Shown here one piece after another: positions 21,401 through 34,400 of a DNA stretch of 64,000 nt. The translations under genes and the position numbers were made by a program. This DNA is from Chlorokybus atmophyticus (lineage: Eukaryota > Plantae > Mesostigma and Chlorokybus algae). The notes under the pieces were generated by a model, which was given only the letters and a program-made list of their open reading frames with translations, had not been told where the DNA came from and ran no database searches. The DNA is taken from positions 1 through 64,000 of the forward strand of contig RHPI01000818.1 of the NCBI GenBank assembly GCA_009103225.1, read 5' to 3'. The first letter of the stretch is position 1. Each line of letters opens with the position of its first letter.

Positions 21401-23257
21401 TTTGTGCCCACAGGTACTCCAATTCAAAATAACCTGCAAGACATATACAGCCTTTTGAAGTTTCTTAGGGTTGAACCGTGGGGTAACTTTGGCTGGTGGA
21501 ACAAGTTGATCCAGGTAAATCAGCCTCAACTGAGTATGCTCTTGGTATCGGTATCCATACTTATGCTGCTGGTGTGGGGCAGTGGCTGGTTTTGAGGCTG
21601 ACTCACTGACATGTGTCGGACAAGCAGAGGCCGTATGATGACGGTGATCAAAGGAGTCTGGCCCTTCTACAAGCTATCTTGAGGCCCTTGATGCTCAGGC
21701 GAACAAAAGAGTCTACTGACAAGTTTGGCAACCCAATACTTGTCCTTCCACCTGCAGACATACAGGTCAAATTCACTTGGGATGCTCGTACATAGTTTGA
21801 CAAAGCCATGACGCAAAGACCAATTCACTCACGGCCTATGTGTGACAGATTAAGGAGATAAAAATGGCAGATGCCGAACGGGACTTTTATGATGCGCTTT
21901 TCTCCAGGTCAAAGACCACATTTGACTCCTTTGTGCAGAGTGGCAAAGTGCTGCACAACTACGCCAACATTTTGGAGCTGCTATTGCGGCTACGCCAGTG
22001 CTGTGACCACCCTTTCCTGGTCATGAGCAGAGGCGACACGAATGAGTTCAAAGACTTTGACAAGTTGGCAGCAAGGCAAGTGTCCTTGTTGTATTGTGCA
22101 CGTGGCAAATAGTGCTGCTGCCATGGTGCATGTTGGTTGACATTAGTATGCTGTGACAGGTTAATAGGACATGACACGGGCGGCCCGAGCGATCAGTTTG
22201 TGAAGAATGTTGTAGATGAGTTGAAGACCGGAGAGCTGACCAAGCGGGAGTGTCCCATCTGTTTGGAGGCCGTGGACGATGCCGTACTCACGCCGTGCGC
22301 GCACACCATGTGCCGAGAGTGTCTGTTTCATGCATGGAGCTCGATGGGCGTCACGGGCTGCCCGGTCTGCCGGCGTGTGATGGGCAGAAGCGACCTCGTG
22401 ACGGTTCCAACGCAAAGCCGCTTCCGCCTTGACGTAGAGAAAAATTGGCAGAACTCAGCAAAGGTACGGGTGATGAGCACATGTGACGCATGGTCGTAAA
22501 ACAAACAGCTTGTCTTGGCACCTGCTGTTAGATCAAGTGTTGAACGAAGCACACTCGCTGATACAGGTTACCGCATTGCTTGAGGAGCTGCATAGTCTGC
22601 GCGCGCAAGGCGTCAAAAGCGTTGTCTTCTCTCAGTTCACTGCCTTCCTTGATCTGCTTGAGATCCCACTCAAGCGACAACACTTCAACTTTGTCAGGCT
22701 TGACGGCACGTCGTCACAGGTATACATCTCTAGTCGGATTTTGGCGCATCAGTCTATTGTTGCCTTGCAGGTTGTGCAGCAATGGAGTGTAGAGGTATTC
22801 ACTGTATTGTTACCAACAGGTGCAGCGCGTAAAAACGCTGGAGGCCTTCAGCAGCGATCCAAGCGTGACAGTTTTTCTCATTTCACTGAAGGCTGGAGGG
22901 GTTGGTCTCAACCTCACTGCCGCCTCACATGCGTTTCTCCTCGACCCCTGGTGGAACCCTGCTGTTGAGGAGCAGGCCATCATGCGTATCCATCGCATCG
23001 GACAGAAGCAGAAGGTGTTTGTGAAGAGATACATCGTCAAGGTGGGGTTTTGTCAGGACTTGCCGTGGTTGTTACACTTGCAGCACATGTACTCTCAACC
23101 TGGCTGACATCTGACAAACTTGCTGCAGGACACTGTTGAAGACAGGATGCTTGCCGTGCAGTCCCGAAAGCAGCATATGGTGCAAGGGGCCCTCAACTCG
23201 ACGGCTGATGATGGGAAATCTGCTCGCATTGAAGAACTCAAGATGTTGTTTAGGTAG
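18446..23257 (+). CDS. RAD5: Multi-exon RAD5/HLTF-family DNA repair protein (UBA-like N-terminus, HIRAN, SNF2 ATPase, RING, helicase-C); true start probably in an upstream exon
   Basis: [34 protein letters not shown] (plant RAD5A-like N-terminus). HIRAN EIVRF...[63 protein letters not shown]...CAHTMC..C...CPVCR, VVFSQF and [25 protein letters not shown] introns. Confidence 0.95.
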
Positions 23258-24469
23258 TGAGTCTGAGAGGTTTACGTATGGTATATTATTGTATAGAGTT
23301 GCCTTGCACTGTCCATGTCGTTTGCCACGACACGCTCCTTATACACAGCAGTACGCACAGTGTGTGCTGATGGTGCTGTGTAATACTCCAGGAATGTCAT
23401 GCCACTGCACGCCTTGTACAGATCATATGCACAAGGGGCAATGATCAGCATGTAAATACTCAAACTGGAGACGTGTTGCACGCTTGATTATCGCCAGCTT
23501 TTACCGACCGTGCTGGTTTTCACGCAATCGCCGTGTTCACTGGTAAACACGGCGATTGCGTTGACGTGCCCGCCCGCGCCATTCGGGCGCGGACGACAGT
23601 GTGCATGCCGGCTTTCGCTCTAATCACCGCATTGCTAACAAGCAATCGCGGTGGTTAGGAAATGGTACGGTCGGTTGCAAACAGCAATAGGGTGGGCACC
23701 ACACCCGTTGACATCCCACAAAAGTTTAGGGTTTCGGTACGCGCGCGGTACAGGCCGCCTGTACCGCGTGCTGTACTGGTCTGAAATTCACAAGGCATGA
23801 GCAGCGTACTGCTCATGCCTTGTGAATTTGGCAGCGACTTGTTAGGGTTGTGGTTGTCGTCGTTGGCAGCAGGCGGCGGCGAGGAGAAGGAGGAGGTGTT
23901 GAGGTGGGAAGGGGAGAAGGGGCAGGGTCCACCAGCTTAACCTAAAGAGGCGGCGGCGGGTGCTGGGAGTGGGGCGGTGGGTTGTTAGGAGGAGAGGGAG
24001 GAGGAGGGCGCTGACAGGGCTCCGTGGGCGTGGAAGGGGGCGGGGGAGACAACCATATTCCACATACATGTGAAGAAGCAGGCAAAGACATGACAATCTG
24101 CCTAATTATATTATGCATCAAGGTATACATGATACGCATCTGGTTGGATGCATCAACTGCTGAATATCCTCCCCGCAAAGTATCTATGCATGTTTTCATG
24201 TATACATGGAGATTGATACGTAGTCATGGTATGCATGTGCAAAGCATACGCATCCACCGCATGCATTAGATCCGGAGAATTCATGTGCAAAGCATAGTAG
24301 TTAGATGCATCTACTGTTTGACATGCTCCCCAAGCAATGTCTATGCGTACTTTCATGTGTTTCACTCTTATATCCGGTCGGTATGCATTTGCAGAGCCGA
24401 AGATGCAGCCTACATCAGCTCATGACTCTCATAAATTTACAAGCGCACAACAAGCCATCGTTAAGCGCT

Positions 24470-25190
24470 TGGGCTTGCAAACAACGGATGAGATACGCGC
24501 TTAACTACACACATTACAGCAAGGCACCGAACAATGGTTGACAGCTCGGGCTCGGCGCTTAACTGCTTCCAACTTTGCGGCGGCCATCAACAACCATTCC
24601 GTAATGAGTGCACAAGCACTATCGAGCTATATGTTGAATTAGATCACGAGTGGGTGTACAATTATGTTTGTGTTTACGCCATGTGTATTGTGTTTCCGGA
24701 TTCACACATAATACGGATTCTTGATAGATCTCAATGATGAGCCGCAACCCACTCCGGCAATGATTTTTGGCAACATTAATGAGGAAACAGCAGCGCAAGC
24801 ATACCGCACAAGCGTGCAATCGCAAATGGCAGCTGGTGCTATTTTGGAGATGCGCACAACCGGATTACACGAGCACTCACGGCATCATTGGTTAGCAGCT
24901 AGTCCAAATCGCATTGTCTCCCACAATGATGAGTTGTGGTTGTTTGAGGTGAAGTGCACCTTACTCTCAGCCTTGGGTTACATTGCCGTCGCACGTAGTG
25001 GACCAAGTGGTCGGGCAATTAGCCATCACGGGTTACAAGCGCTGCGACGTCATATGCTGGAGCAAATCTGGCAACTGCAACGTGTTCAGCTTGAACTACG
25101 ATCAGTCTTCCAAACGGCACTGGTGCTGTGTGCTGCTTCCAAAGCTACACCATTTTTACATTTTGGAAGCTTTTGTGCATCGCGAGCGGT
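24470..25190 (+). pseudogene. YqaJ/lambda-exonuclease-like (PD-(D/E)xK) domain inside the MULE
   Basis: QQGTEQWLTARARRLTASNF, AMIFGNINEETAAQAY, WLAASPNRIV...LFEVKC and PSHVVDQVVGQLAITGYKRCDVICW. An in-frame stop lies upstream and the SPD motif reads SPN. Confidence 0.8.
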
Positions 25191-25957
25191 GATATTGGTG
25201 GAGCCCCCGCAACAACAACATGAACAACAAGATTACCCTATGGCGGCGCGATCGCGTAATTGGCGTGCGCAAGTGGATACGACACGCATTGGCATAGAGC
25301 TGCAGAGCATGAAGGCTTCAGGTGTATGTCAAGTGCTGTTGATGAACCACGCAGTAGATGCATCTGTGTTCGAACAATGAAATGTATTTATTTCTTGTAA
25401 GCTTGTACCCCTCGTAACCGTTATCATTAAGAGTGTTCACCCCAGCCATTATATTGTCTGCCTCATCTATAATACACTCACCGCATCCCTTCCACCTCTG
25501 ACCCTCTTAACCCTACTTGAGCGCACTGGCTGTTAAGCCTGGTACTGTCAGGTTGGACGCATACCCAAAGAGTGGGCATCTTGTCTTGGACCACTCGCCG
25601 CAGATGGCTTCATCACAGTCACTGCAGTATGTTTATACGCCCCGGAGTTTCTTTCATACACTGACAGCATCGTGTTGTCTGTCAAGTAAGTGCCGGGCTT
25701 GGTTGTCTCATCTCTGTATGGACTGTTGTTGTATGCACATGCTATGGATCTACCAGCTAAGTCGCATTTTTGTAGGATCACAGTGNGTGTGCCGGTACGC
25801 GAGGTGCCCCCCCTCCATACGCACCAGCGGATGCATTTGGGAAGTTGTCTAATAGATGCATCTGCTACATGGTGGTCAAATTCGTAGCATCCGTGTTGCG
25901 CGACCAACGGGGCACATTTGATGTTTACTTATTGATCAGCTTATTGGCTTGTGTAGG

Positions 25958-26375
25958 AGAGTACATCCTTCCTCCTCATGCTGTGGGGCAACGCGTGCGC
26001 TTGAAAGCAAAGTTTCAACAACAAGGTACAATCCATGCAGTGCTACCAAGCGGGAAAGTGATAGTTGCTTGTGAGTATACAAACGGTTTGCCGAGCACGA
26101 AAGGCATTGCAACAACCTCCATCCACTCGTCAATTGCAGGTGAGCTGTAAATAAAGTGTCATGGTAGTTGTGTGCGTGCTTATACATACATGCCGCCTTC
26201 ATAGGTGATCACATCGCACCCAAACACGAGGGTGACAAAGTGCAAGTGACTGGAGGATGTCACGTGGGCGTAATTGCTGAGGTGGTCAGATTAGGAACAT
26301 TACAAAGCCATGTGTGTTTGAAAAACGCTTCCATTGTGCAGATAAGCAACAACATGTTGCACTCCATTTCGCAAG
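25958..26375 (+). CDS. Two exons with KOW-like motifs (Spt5/NusG-type) inside the MULE
   Basis: VGQRVRLKAKFQQQGTIHAV and PKHEGDKVQVTGGCHVGVIAEVV match the KOW pattern GD.V.V..G...G....V. Confidence 0.5.
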
Positions 26376-27208
26376 GTACGTGTGTGTTTTATCATTACGC
26401 ACCAACCCGTTGGGAGACATATCATGGTGTGCACTCACATTGTACACCGCTTATTGCTACATGATGCGCTGCATTTAAACATGACCATATGTTGCAGAGG
26501 GTAATGATGACGGTGAACCGCATGTGCAACATGACTTGAAGAAGCATATTGTTAAGGTGATCGAGTTCAAGCAATGGTTGCACGAGTACCAATTGAAGAA
26601 TAGAGTTGATGTAGTTGTTGTAAAACGGCAACAAGCGCGTGGAGATTCTCCTTATATCAAGGCGCGCACTGTGTATCGTTGTCGAAGGTATGGGTGTTGG
26701 CATGTAACAGCGGATGCATCTATTGGTTGCGCGCGGGGGCATCACTTGGGAATAGATGCATCTGCCTAGATGCATCTATTGACCAACGGGATTGTTATGT
26801 CTTTCCCTTGTGTAGAGGGGAAGCACAATTGAGGCAGATGTCACATCACAAGCCCATTGATTCCGCCAAAGTTGGATGTCGGTTTAGCGTGACCGTGACG
26901 GAGTACGTGGACCAAGAGGAGACATGCTATGTGCTCATAGCAAACCGGCACACCAACCATGAGCCAGGTATATGGGAATATTGCATGTAGTCTTAAACAC
27001 GCCGACACATTTACATGTGTATCAACTTGACTTCGTGCTAGGCTCTGCTGAGGATCAGAAATACCTGTTACCTCATCCTGGACTCCGTGACGAGGCGCGC
27101 ATTCTATTAGAGTTGGGCCTCAAGCCTCAAATGGTGTTAAACAGTAAGTTGATCAAGCTGTTGCATGGTTTCATCGCGTACGTCATGAGATATTTGTCTA
27201 ATATATGC

Positions 27209-29157
27209 TGTCGGGTCGAGGGAAGTCGAGGGTCACACTGTCTCGGGCTGCTGCAGGGAAAGTCATGCTTGCTCGCCCTGCTGCTGCAACATGTTATAGC
27301 ATGTGGCAATAGTAAAAGATAACCCAGCTTGTATGGCGAGGAATGCTTGGTGGAGCTGCTCCACTGTTGCTGAGTCACAGGAACATGTGGAGGCGATGTC
27401 CTCCTTAGTGTACACGCTGTGCTGTAGGACACACAGTTAACAAGCCTCATTGGGCTTGCGCCGGAACCGCCTCAACTCCTCCACTTTGCTAATGGTCTGC
27501 GGTGGGAAGGTGCGACGAAGTGCAGCGTATAGATCCTTAAGTGGAGAGTCAGAGATGGCAGCACCTACAGTGATGGCTGTGCGCGCAGTGCAACTGACCC
27601 AAGGGTGAAAGCACTGCCTCCCACACGAGAGCCAGGTGTTGCCATAGGTAGGGGTGTGCCCACCTCAACGGCTGCAATTCGTTGTTTTTAAAGGATGGCA
27701 GCAGAACGGTCCAGGATTCGGGCCCGTCGCGCGGCCGTCTTGATTTCAATCTCTGCAGGGGTCAGGTTGACGATCACCAACTCAGGGTCCTCCCCCTCTG
27801 CTCGGTCAATGGCTTCCGCTATGAACAACCCGGTGACTGCAGCGGGAGTGGCAGGTGGAAGGACGGCTGCTGGACTTTGCAGTGATGCAGGTGCTATGGT
27901 ACTGGCGAGCTCGCCATAACCATCAACTCGATGCAGTTCAGCAATAGACTTCCAAACATCATGTGCTTCATGGTCCAGATACTGAGCAGCAATGTGAAAA
28001 GAGATCTCATTTGACCAGTCTTTGTTCTTCAAAGCCTGCTGTTGCATCTTGGAGTGGAACTTGATCATGAATTCGTCCAGAGAGGTAGTGGCAGCACGTC
28101 CGGAGAAGCGCAGGGACGTGGTTGAGCTGGAAGACTCCATCTCGTAGTCGTCACTGTCGGACGAGAGTGGGGAAGCTTGATGCCGTGGAGTGGACAGGAA
28201 CGGAGTGAAGTCGGAGACAGCACGTGAGCCTCTGCTGCTACGATCGTTGCTCCCATCGCTAGTCCGCTCGTAGGTGAGGTTGGAGGTTGGGCTCCAGCTG
28301 CTAAGGTCACCCTCGTCTATTGGAGAGAACGGGGTGGGCCTGCTCATACAGCTAGTCCAAAGGTGAAAGTGTACGCAGGGTAAAGTGTTTGTGCTCTACC
28401 GCCTGTCTCGATGCCGCTACCACTCACCAAATTAATGCTTATGTGCGCATTATGTAATGACAATGATAATGAATGCCCATGGACGTGTCCCCAGATGCAG
28501 ACTGCACTATCTGATGCAGAATGCAATGCACTCACTTGAGCAAAAAGGGTGACACTGTGAGTCTACAAGCCACTACTATAGGTAGTGCTGTTTACATAGT
28601 TCTTTGCATGAGCGGAAAATGTGTTACATTGTTAAGTGAGGTAAATGAGCAAGCAACACGTGGATACTATGCCTTGACTAATGCCAACAAGCACACCACA
28701 ACCAAGCCCACAGCGATGACAAGCACGATGCACACACGAGCATGCACAGGCTCTCACACAGTGAGGGGGTTCTTGGTAATCGGGATGGCGTGTTCGTAGT
28801 TCAAGTCGTTTTACAAGCTCTTAGCTTTCTCACTCACAGTGTCACCAGTTGATCCGGTGAACACTGTGACTACTTATACAAGTCAAATCATGACTGTTCA
28901 GAATATAAGCTAACGGTCATATCGAGGCTATTTCCACAACGATTGTCACTCGATATAGAACACAACTTATAACTGAACTCGCAACTGAACAGCTACGCGC
29001 GGTGCCTATGTAGGCTATGGTCGTGAGCTACCTTGAAGTCATGACCTAGCTACGGTGGTCAGGGACGCGCGTGCGTTGGTATGTTGGTAGGCCGGGCGAC
29101 GGTTTGGATGTAGCCATGCCCAATGAAGGCTGGTATGTGTGGGCACTAGGCATGACA
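27209..29157 (-). mobile_element. Internally deleted, non-autonomous member of the DNMT-Gypsy family, arranged B-gag-A, with TGTC...GACA ends and 4-bp TSD ATGC
   Basis: 28565-29157 matches segment B and 27209-27446 matches segment A. ATGC at 27205-27208 and 29158-29161. It sits inside a GT-AG intron of the MULE transposase. Confidence 0.92.
27447..28347 (-). pseudogene. Retrotransposon gag fragment
   Basis: ORF 27688..28347 (FHIAAQYLDHEAHDVW). A frameshifted continuation DLYAALRRTFPPQTISKVEELRRFRRKPNEAC runs directly into segment A. Confidence 0.65.
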
Positions 29158-32100
29158 ATGCGTATGTGTACAGTGCTGGATCGTAGAAGCACTCATTTTG
29201 ATGGAGTGACGTCCACAATGCGAGAAGACTATTCCAATCATCGGTGTAGACTCAACAAAGAAGACATTAACAACATCTACAAAGAAATGAGAAGAGCTAA
29301 GGCGATTGACCCCTCAGATACTGTGGCTGTTGCCAAACTAGTACACTCTTTGCCGGATGGCATTGTATTGCAATACACATTACCTGGCGTTGATGAGACA
29401 CATGACCGTCACACACCTTTCGTTATTATCATTCAAACGGGATTTTAAAATTGCATGTTGGAGGAGTCAGGCAGAAACACGGTGCTCCTAGACGCTACAG
29501 GAGGCACAAATTGCTGGGGTTATCAATTCTGGGCAATGGTGGTCAAAGACGATTTTGGAAATGGTATGTGTGCCCACGGGACTCTAGATGCATCTAGGAG
29601 ATTACATGCAACGTGTTGGGGTCTGCTTGAATTGCATTGGGAAACGTTTCTCCTCATGTAGGGGTGCCGGTAGCTTTCATGGTGAGTGAGCATGAGGATT
29701 ATGACCGTGAAGTTGTTTTTGGTCAAAGTGTACGCGCGCATTCCCAACTTCAAGCCGCGTTGTGTTATGATAAAAACTGACTGGGAACGCTTTTTGCGTA
29801 AGGGGACAACGCATGTCGCATGCAAAGAGCTGCGCACGGATGTGCTTGCAAGCGTGAAGCTGCTTAAGCGGTCCGGCAGCGTGGAGCTATTTGCGCACCG
29901 AATGGAAGCGTTCTTGCAGGAGTATGCTGACCTTGCCGAGGTGATCAAGTATTACAAGCAAGAATGGCTTACCGATCGAGGCAAGTCAAGGAAGTTGCAT
30001 TCACGAGTTAGATGCATTCAAAAATAAAGTAGGATGGTTGCACGCACGTATAAACTGCTGTTGGATGCATCTACTGCACAAACACGGTAGCATTGTTCAA
30101 AGCGACATTATTCTTATAATAGCGTGGGCCGTTTGTAGACAAGTGGGCTGACTGTAGACGCCAATTCAATCATGAGGGCATCGAGACCAACAATCTGCTG
30201 GCAAGATTTTTCCACAGCTTAAAGTACTCCTTTCTTGAGGGTAAAGTCAACCGCCGCATCAGTGACTTGGTTGTCAAGTTGCTTGAAGACGTCGTACCTC
30301 ATTTATCCGCGAGCGCGAGCTCAAGGTGTCTGGACGTGGCGGTAAGAACGAGGCGTTGCGCGCAGCAGAGCGTCGAGCTCATAAAGTTCAATACTTGGTC
30401 ACGAATGGCAAAGTGCAAATTACTGATGCCAGCGTAGGCATGTGCATGGTCGCATCAATACCTGACGGCACAAGTGTAATTTCTGAGCGATGCTACACGG
30501 GATGTATTGCGGAGTTAACGTGTGAGTGCCCCAGTGCGGACACGGCGTATGCTAAATGTTGCAAACATACAGAGGCGGCGTTGCTGGTGCATCCTTTCAC
30601 ATCCCATATGCGGATAGCAGTGGCAGATTATTTGCTGCGCAACAATGACATCCGTCTGCAGTGAAATAGCATCATAGCGGAGGTGGCTAGCATGCTGGAC
30701 TCCAATTTGGTGTTCACTTGCGATCTGGCAAACACCTTCCGTACATGCGCCGATCACGATTTCAATGGCGTATGTTGTCACTTGCTTGCTGCAGCTCGTG
30801 CAAGCCAATCAGCAGACCTCTACGCAGGTGCGTATATGCTTATAGGTGCGTCAAAGGCAACTTATGAGCATTTATGTGTGAGTAACGCCACTGATGTGTT
30901 ACACATGTACACGCACAGAGCTGAAGCTCAGGTGCGAAGAAGAGCCAACCTTGAACCTTCAGCGACCACACCATGATGCAAGCCGATAAGACCCGCGTCA
31001 TACCCCGTTGACTGAGAATATTGACCCTGCCGTTGATTGCGCGCGCAACGTGTTGGATGATTTGCATGAGTGCCACTCAGGTACGGTGCATGTGTTGCTA
31101 ATACAATGCTAGTTGACCTTTTGTAGTTGCCTACATAGCTTGCTTTTATGTCAATGCTCACTTGTAATGTCTTGGCCCTAAGCGAAGAGTACGACGAGGA
31201 TTCGCGTTGCAGCATCCTCGCGTCAATATCCACCATCAAGCAACGTGTCAAGCATATGTCAGGCCTCACTGCTGCTAAAATAGATGAGTCTCTTAAGGCT
31301 CTGGTTTAGCAGCTTGACGCTTCCTTGCCGCGCTTGTTCACAACTACCACACGACAACAGAAGCAATGGAGACGTCAGCAAGCGGATCGTGTTCAACGAT
31401 CGCTGTACAACCGCATTACAGCGAATTCAGCACAAGAAGCTCGAGACACTGAAGAGCCACCGAATGTTGGTAGTTTTTACATGACTCGAGGATCGGGACG
31501 ACCAAGGGCTCAAGAACGGAACGAGTTTGGCTCTTACCAGCGCGACGCTATTGGTAAGAAGGCGTATCCCCTCAGACGTAAGAGGACCAAAAACAAAGAC
31601 GCTCAGCATCCTGTAGTTCCTCCTGAAGCTTCAACAAGCAAGGGCGGTGCCAAGCGTAAGGTCAAAAACGCATCACATAAGTCAAAGGCAGACGCCTCCA
31701 CCCGTAGTGCATCACAGCCCATGCCCTCACTCACGACACCGCAACGCCCGACATTCTCCACTCAGGTGTACAGCCCAATGCCAGGGTTCTCTCTTGCAGC
31801 AAAGACAACTTCACAAGGTGTGCGTGGAAACCTGCGACCCACAAACCTAAACTTTGACGCAGCAGCATGAATGCATACGGCAGTGCTGTTGTTGGGAGAG
31901 GTGTGTTGACAGCAGATGCATCTGTGCATAAATTTGAACTTCCTTCAGCAATTTCAATAACAACCGAGCATGGATGCAGCTAACCTCTCTACAACTTGAT
32001 GAGCATGCGGTTTATATATGACAACAAGCTCAAGTCATCCGAGAGCGACGTGAACCACTCGAAGTGATGTCAGTGGTTACATTTACAACAATTGAAAAGG

Positions 32101-32523
32101 CATGTTGGTTAGCAATTGTGCCTTCCATCCATGTTGTTGGCTTAGATGCATTTATTTTGGGTAGATGCATCTAGTAATACCCTGCCAAATTGCGGATGAA
32201 ACCGCCTTCAAGGCAGGCTTTTAACAAGACCCTGCCTAGCATCCATCCATGTTGTCGGCTTAGATGCATCTATTCTTAATAGATGCATCTAGTTTTACCC
32301 TGCCAAATTGCTGATGAAACCGCCTTCAAGGCAGGCTTTGAGCAAGACCCTGCCCAGTAAAAAGTCCGGGTCTTGTTAGATGCATCTATTGGCTGACTAG
32401 ACCCTGCATAGTTCAAAACCCGGGTCTATGTAGATGCATCTACCAACATGCATATGCATTGGTGGTCCAAGGGAGGTCAGTGCTACGTGTGGGAACAAAT
32501 GCATCTACCGCACTGCAACATGT

Positions 32524-32567
<44 letters not shown>

Positions 32568-32622
32568 AGGTGAGTGCTGCGTGTGGGAACAGATGCATCT
32601 CATGCACTGCAACATGTCATGG

Positions 32623-34170
32623 CTACTCAGAGTCGGAGGCCGCCTTGCCCACTCGCTGCACATGCTTCGCAAAACACTTGTTCTCGCAAAAGAAGCGCCA
32701 TCCGCTCGAAATCAACTTCTCACAGCACCCGCAACACCAAGGTGTACTGTTGGGGCACAAACCACAGCGCTTGCGTGGCGCTTGCCGTTCGATTTCGGTC
32801 AACTTGCGACCGTGCTTGTTGTACACAAGCTTGCACAGCCTGTGCTATCAAAGGCATGCACATATAGTGAGCAGCATTTTCGCGATACACTATATAATTT
32901 CATTATTTAGTGGCATGCATATGTAGTTACAACATGTAGATGCTAACACTTACATCCCCTTTTGTATCTTTTAAAGTCAGGTGCACTTGCTGCAGATTCA
33001 GATCGGTAGGCTTTACAACGAGCTGCTTGTCTCTCTTGCGGGATGCCTTTCTGACATGCCGACGGCCACGAGCGGTGACAGCTTTCTGCATTCACCACTT
33101 GTTCATTTCATGCATATAGCAAGTTCACATCGAGAAAATACTATCTCCAACACTCACTATTGGAGTCTCTTGCTGTTCGGTAGTTGCATCAATATCAGTA
33201 TCATCTGCGGCTTTTTTAGCGCACTTGCGGCCAGCCTGCATGTTTTGCTGCATTACATATTGATATTTAACAAGACACATACATGCATGTCGCGTATACG
33301 CACGCATATCGCGTATATGCACGCAGATGCTCACTGTGGGAATCTCTGCCTCTGCCTCCGCCTCAACCTCTTCATCGTCTTTAGCCTTAACAGTGCGCTT
33401 GCGTCCTGTTCGGCCTTTCTTTTGCATAAAACAAAGTATGTATGGGAGTTGCAATGACGGCGTTTGCAAGCATGCACGCGACATACACATCTGATCAAAA
33501 CATACACAAACTCCTCACCACATCTTGATTTCGACCTTCTTCAACATACACAGGCTCCTCATGCATCCTGCTGACCTTCTCCTACATAGCAAGTAGTAAA
33601 ACCAATAACACACAACGGCATACACATCTGACTAGATGCGTCTGCTGTTTTATGTGCGCGCACACACGCACACAACATTTACAATATGCATACACATACC
33701 CATACCTTTGGCGCCTCCTGCCACTTGGCCTCAACCTTGCCCTAAGAAGCAAGTGATAAAACCAGTAGTTACAGCAACACACAACGACATACCCATCTAC
33801 TTAGATGCATCTGCTATTTGATGCGCTTGCACACACACACACACACATACACAACATATGCAATCATGCAACCATACACGCATATTTTCGGCGCCTCCTG
33901 CCGCTTGGTCTTGCCCTTCTCGTACATAGCAAATAGTAAGAGACTCGTAGTTACAGCAACACACAACAACATCTAACTAGATGCATCTGCTGTTTTATGG
34001 TCGTGTGCACACACACACACACACACAACAATTACAATCATGCATACGCACACTCGCTGCTTGACCTTGACCTTCTCCTACATAGTAGTAAGACCTTACT
34101 TAACGGTAACACCGTTTGTAAGCATGCAATATGCGTAAGTAGATGAATAACTAGACGCATCTACTGTTTC

Positions 34171-34228
<58 letters not shown>

Positions 34229-34400
34229 ATAATATGCATAAACACACATACCGTTGCCTCCCGCCGCTTGGGGACTGGCTTTTTTGCTGACTCATTGCCG
34301 CGGCCTTGCATGCCAGCAGGAGCGGCTTCCGTGCTTGCACGCCTGGAATGCAGCGAGCTTCCCATCTCCCCCCTTCTGCCCCTCTTCTCTTCCACCTCAT
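32623..34400 (-). CDS. MULE accessory gene, multi-exon and basic/acidic, ending in a piggyBac-CRD-like Cys/His zinc-binding domain
   Basis: Last exon RKRCGLCPNSTPWCCGCCEKLISSGWRFFCENKCFAKH. The upstream micro-exon structure is inferred from splice motifs only. Confidence 0.55.

Larger units (their letters stand above)
26499..31870 (+). pseudogene. MULE transposase (FAR1-like DNA-binding region, DDE core, SWIM finger), multi-exon, with stops, one intron holding a retroelement
   Basis: SAKVGCRFSVTV...HTNHEP, VLLDATGGTNCWGYQFWAMVVKDDFGNG, ETNNLLARFFHSLKYSFL and SWIM TCECP...CCKHTEAA. In-frame TAA at 29446-29448. Confidence 0.85.
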
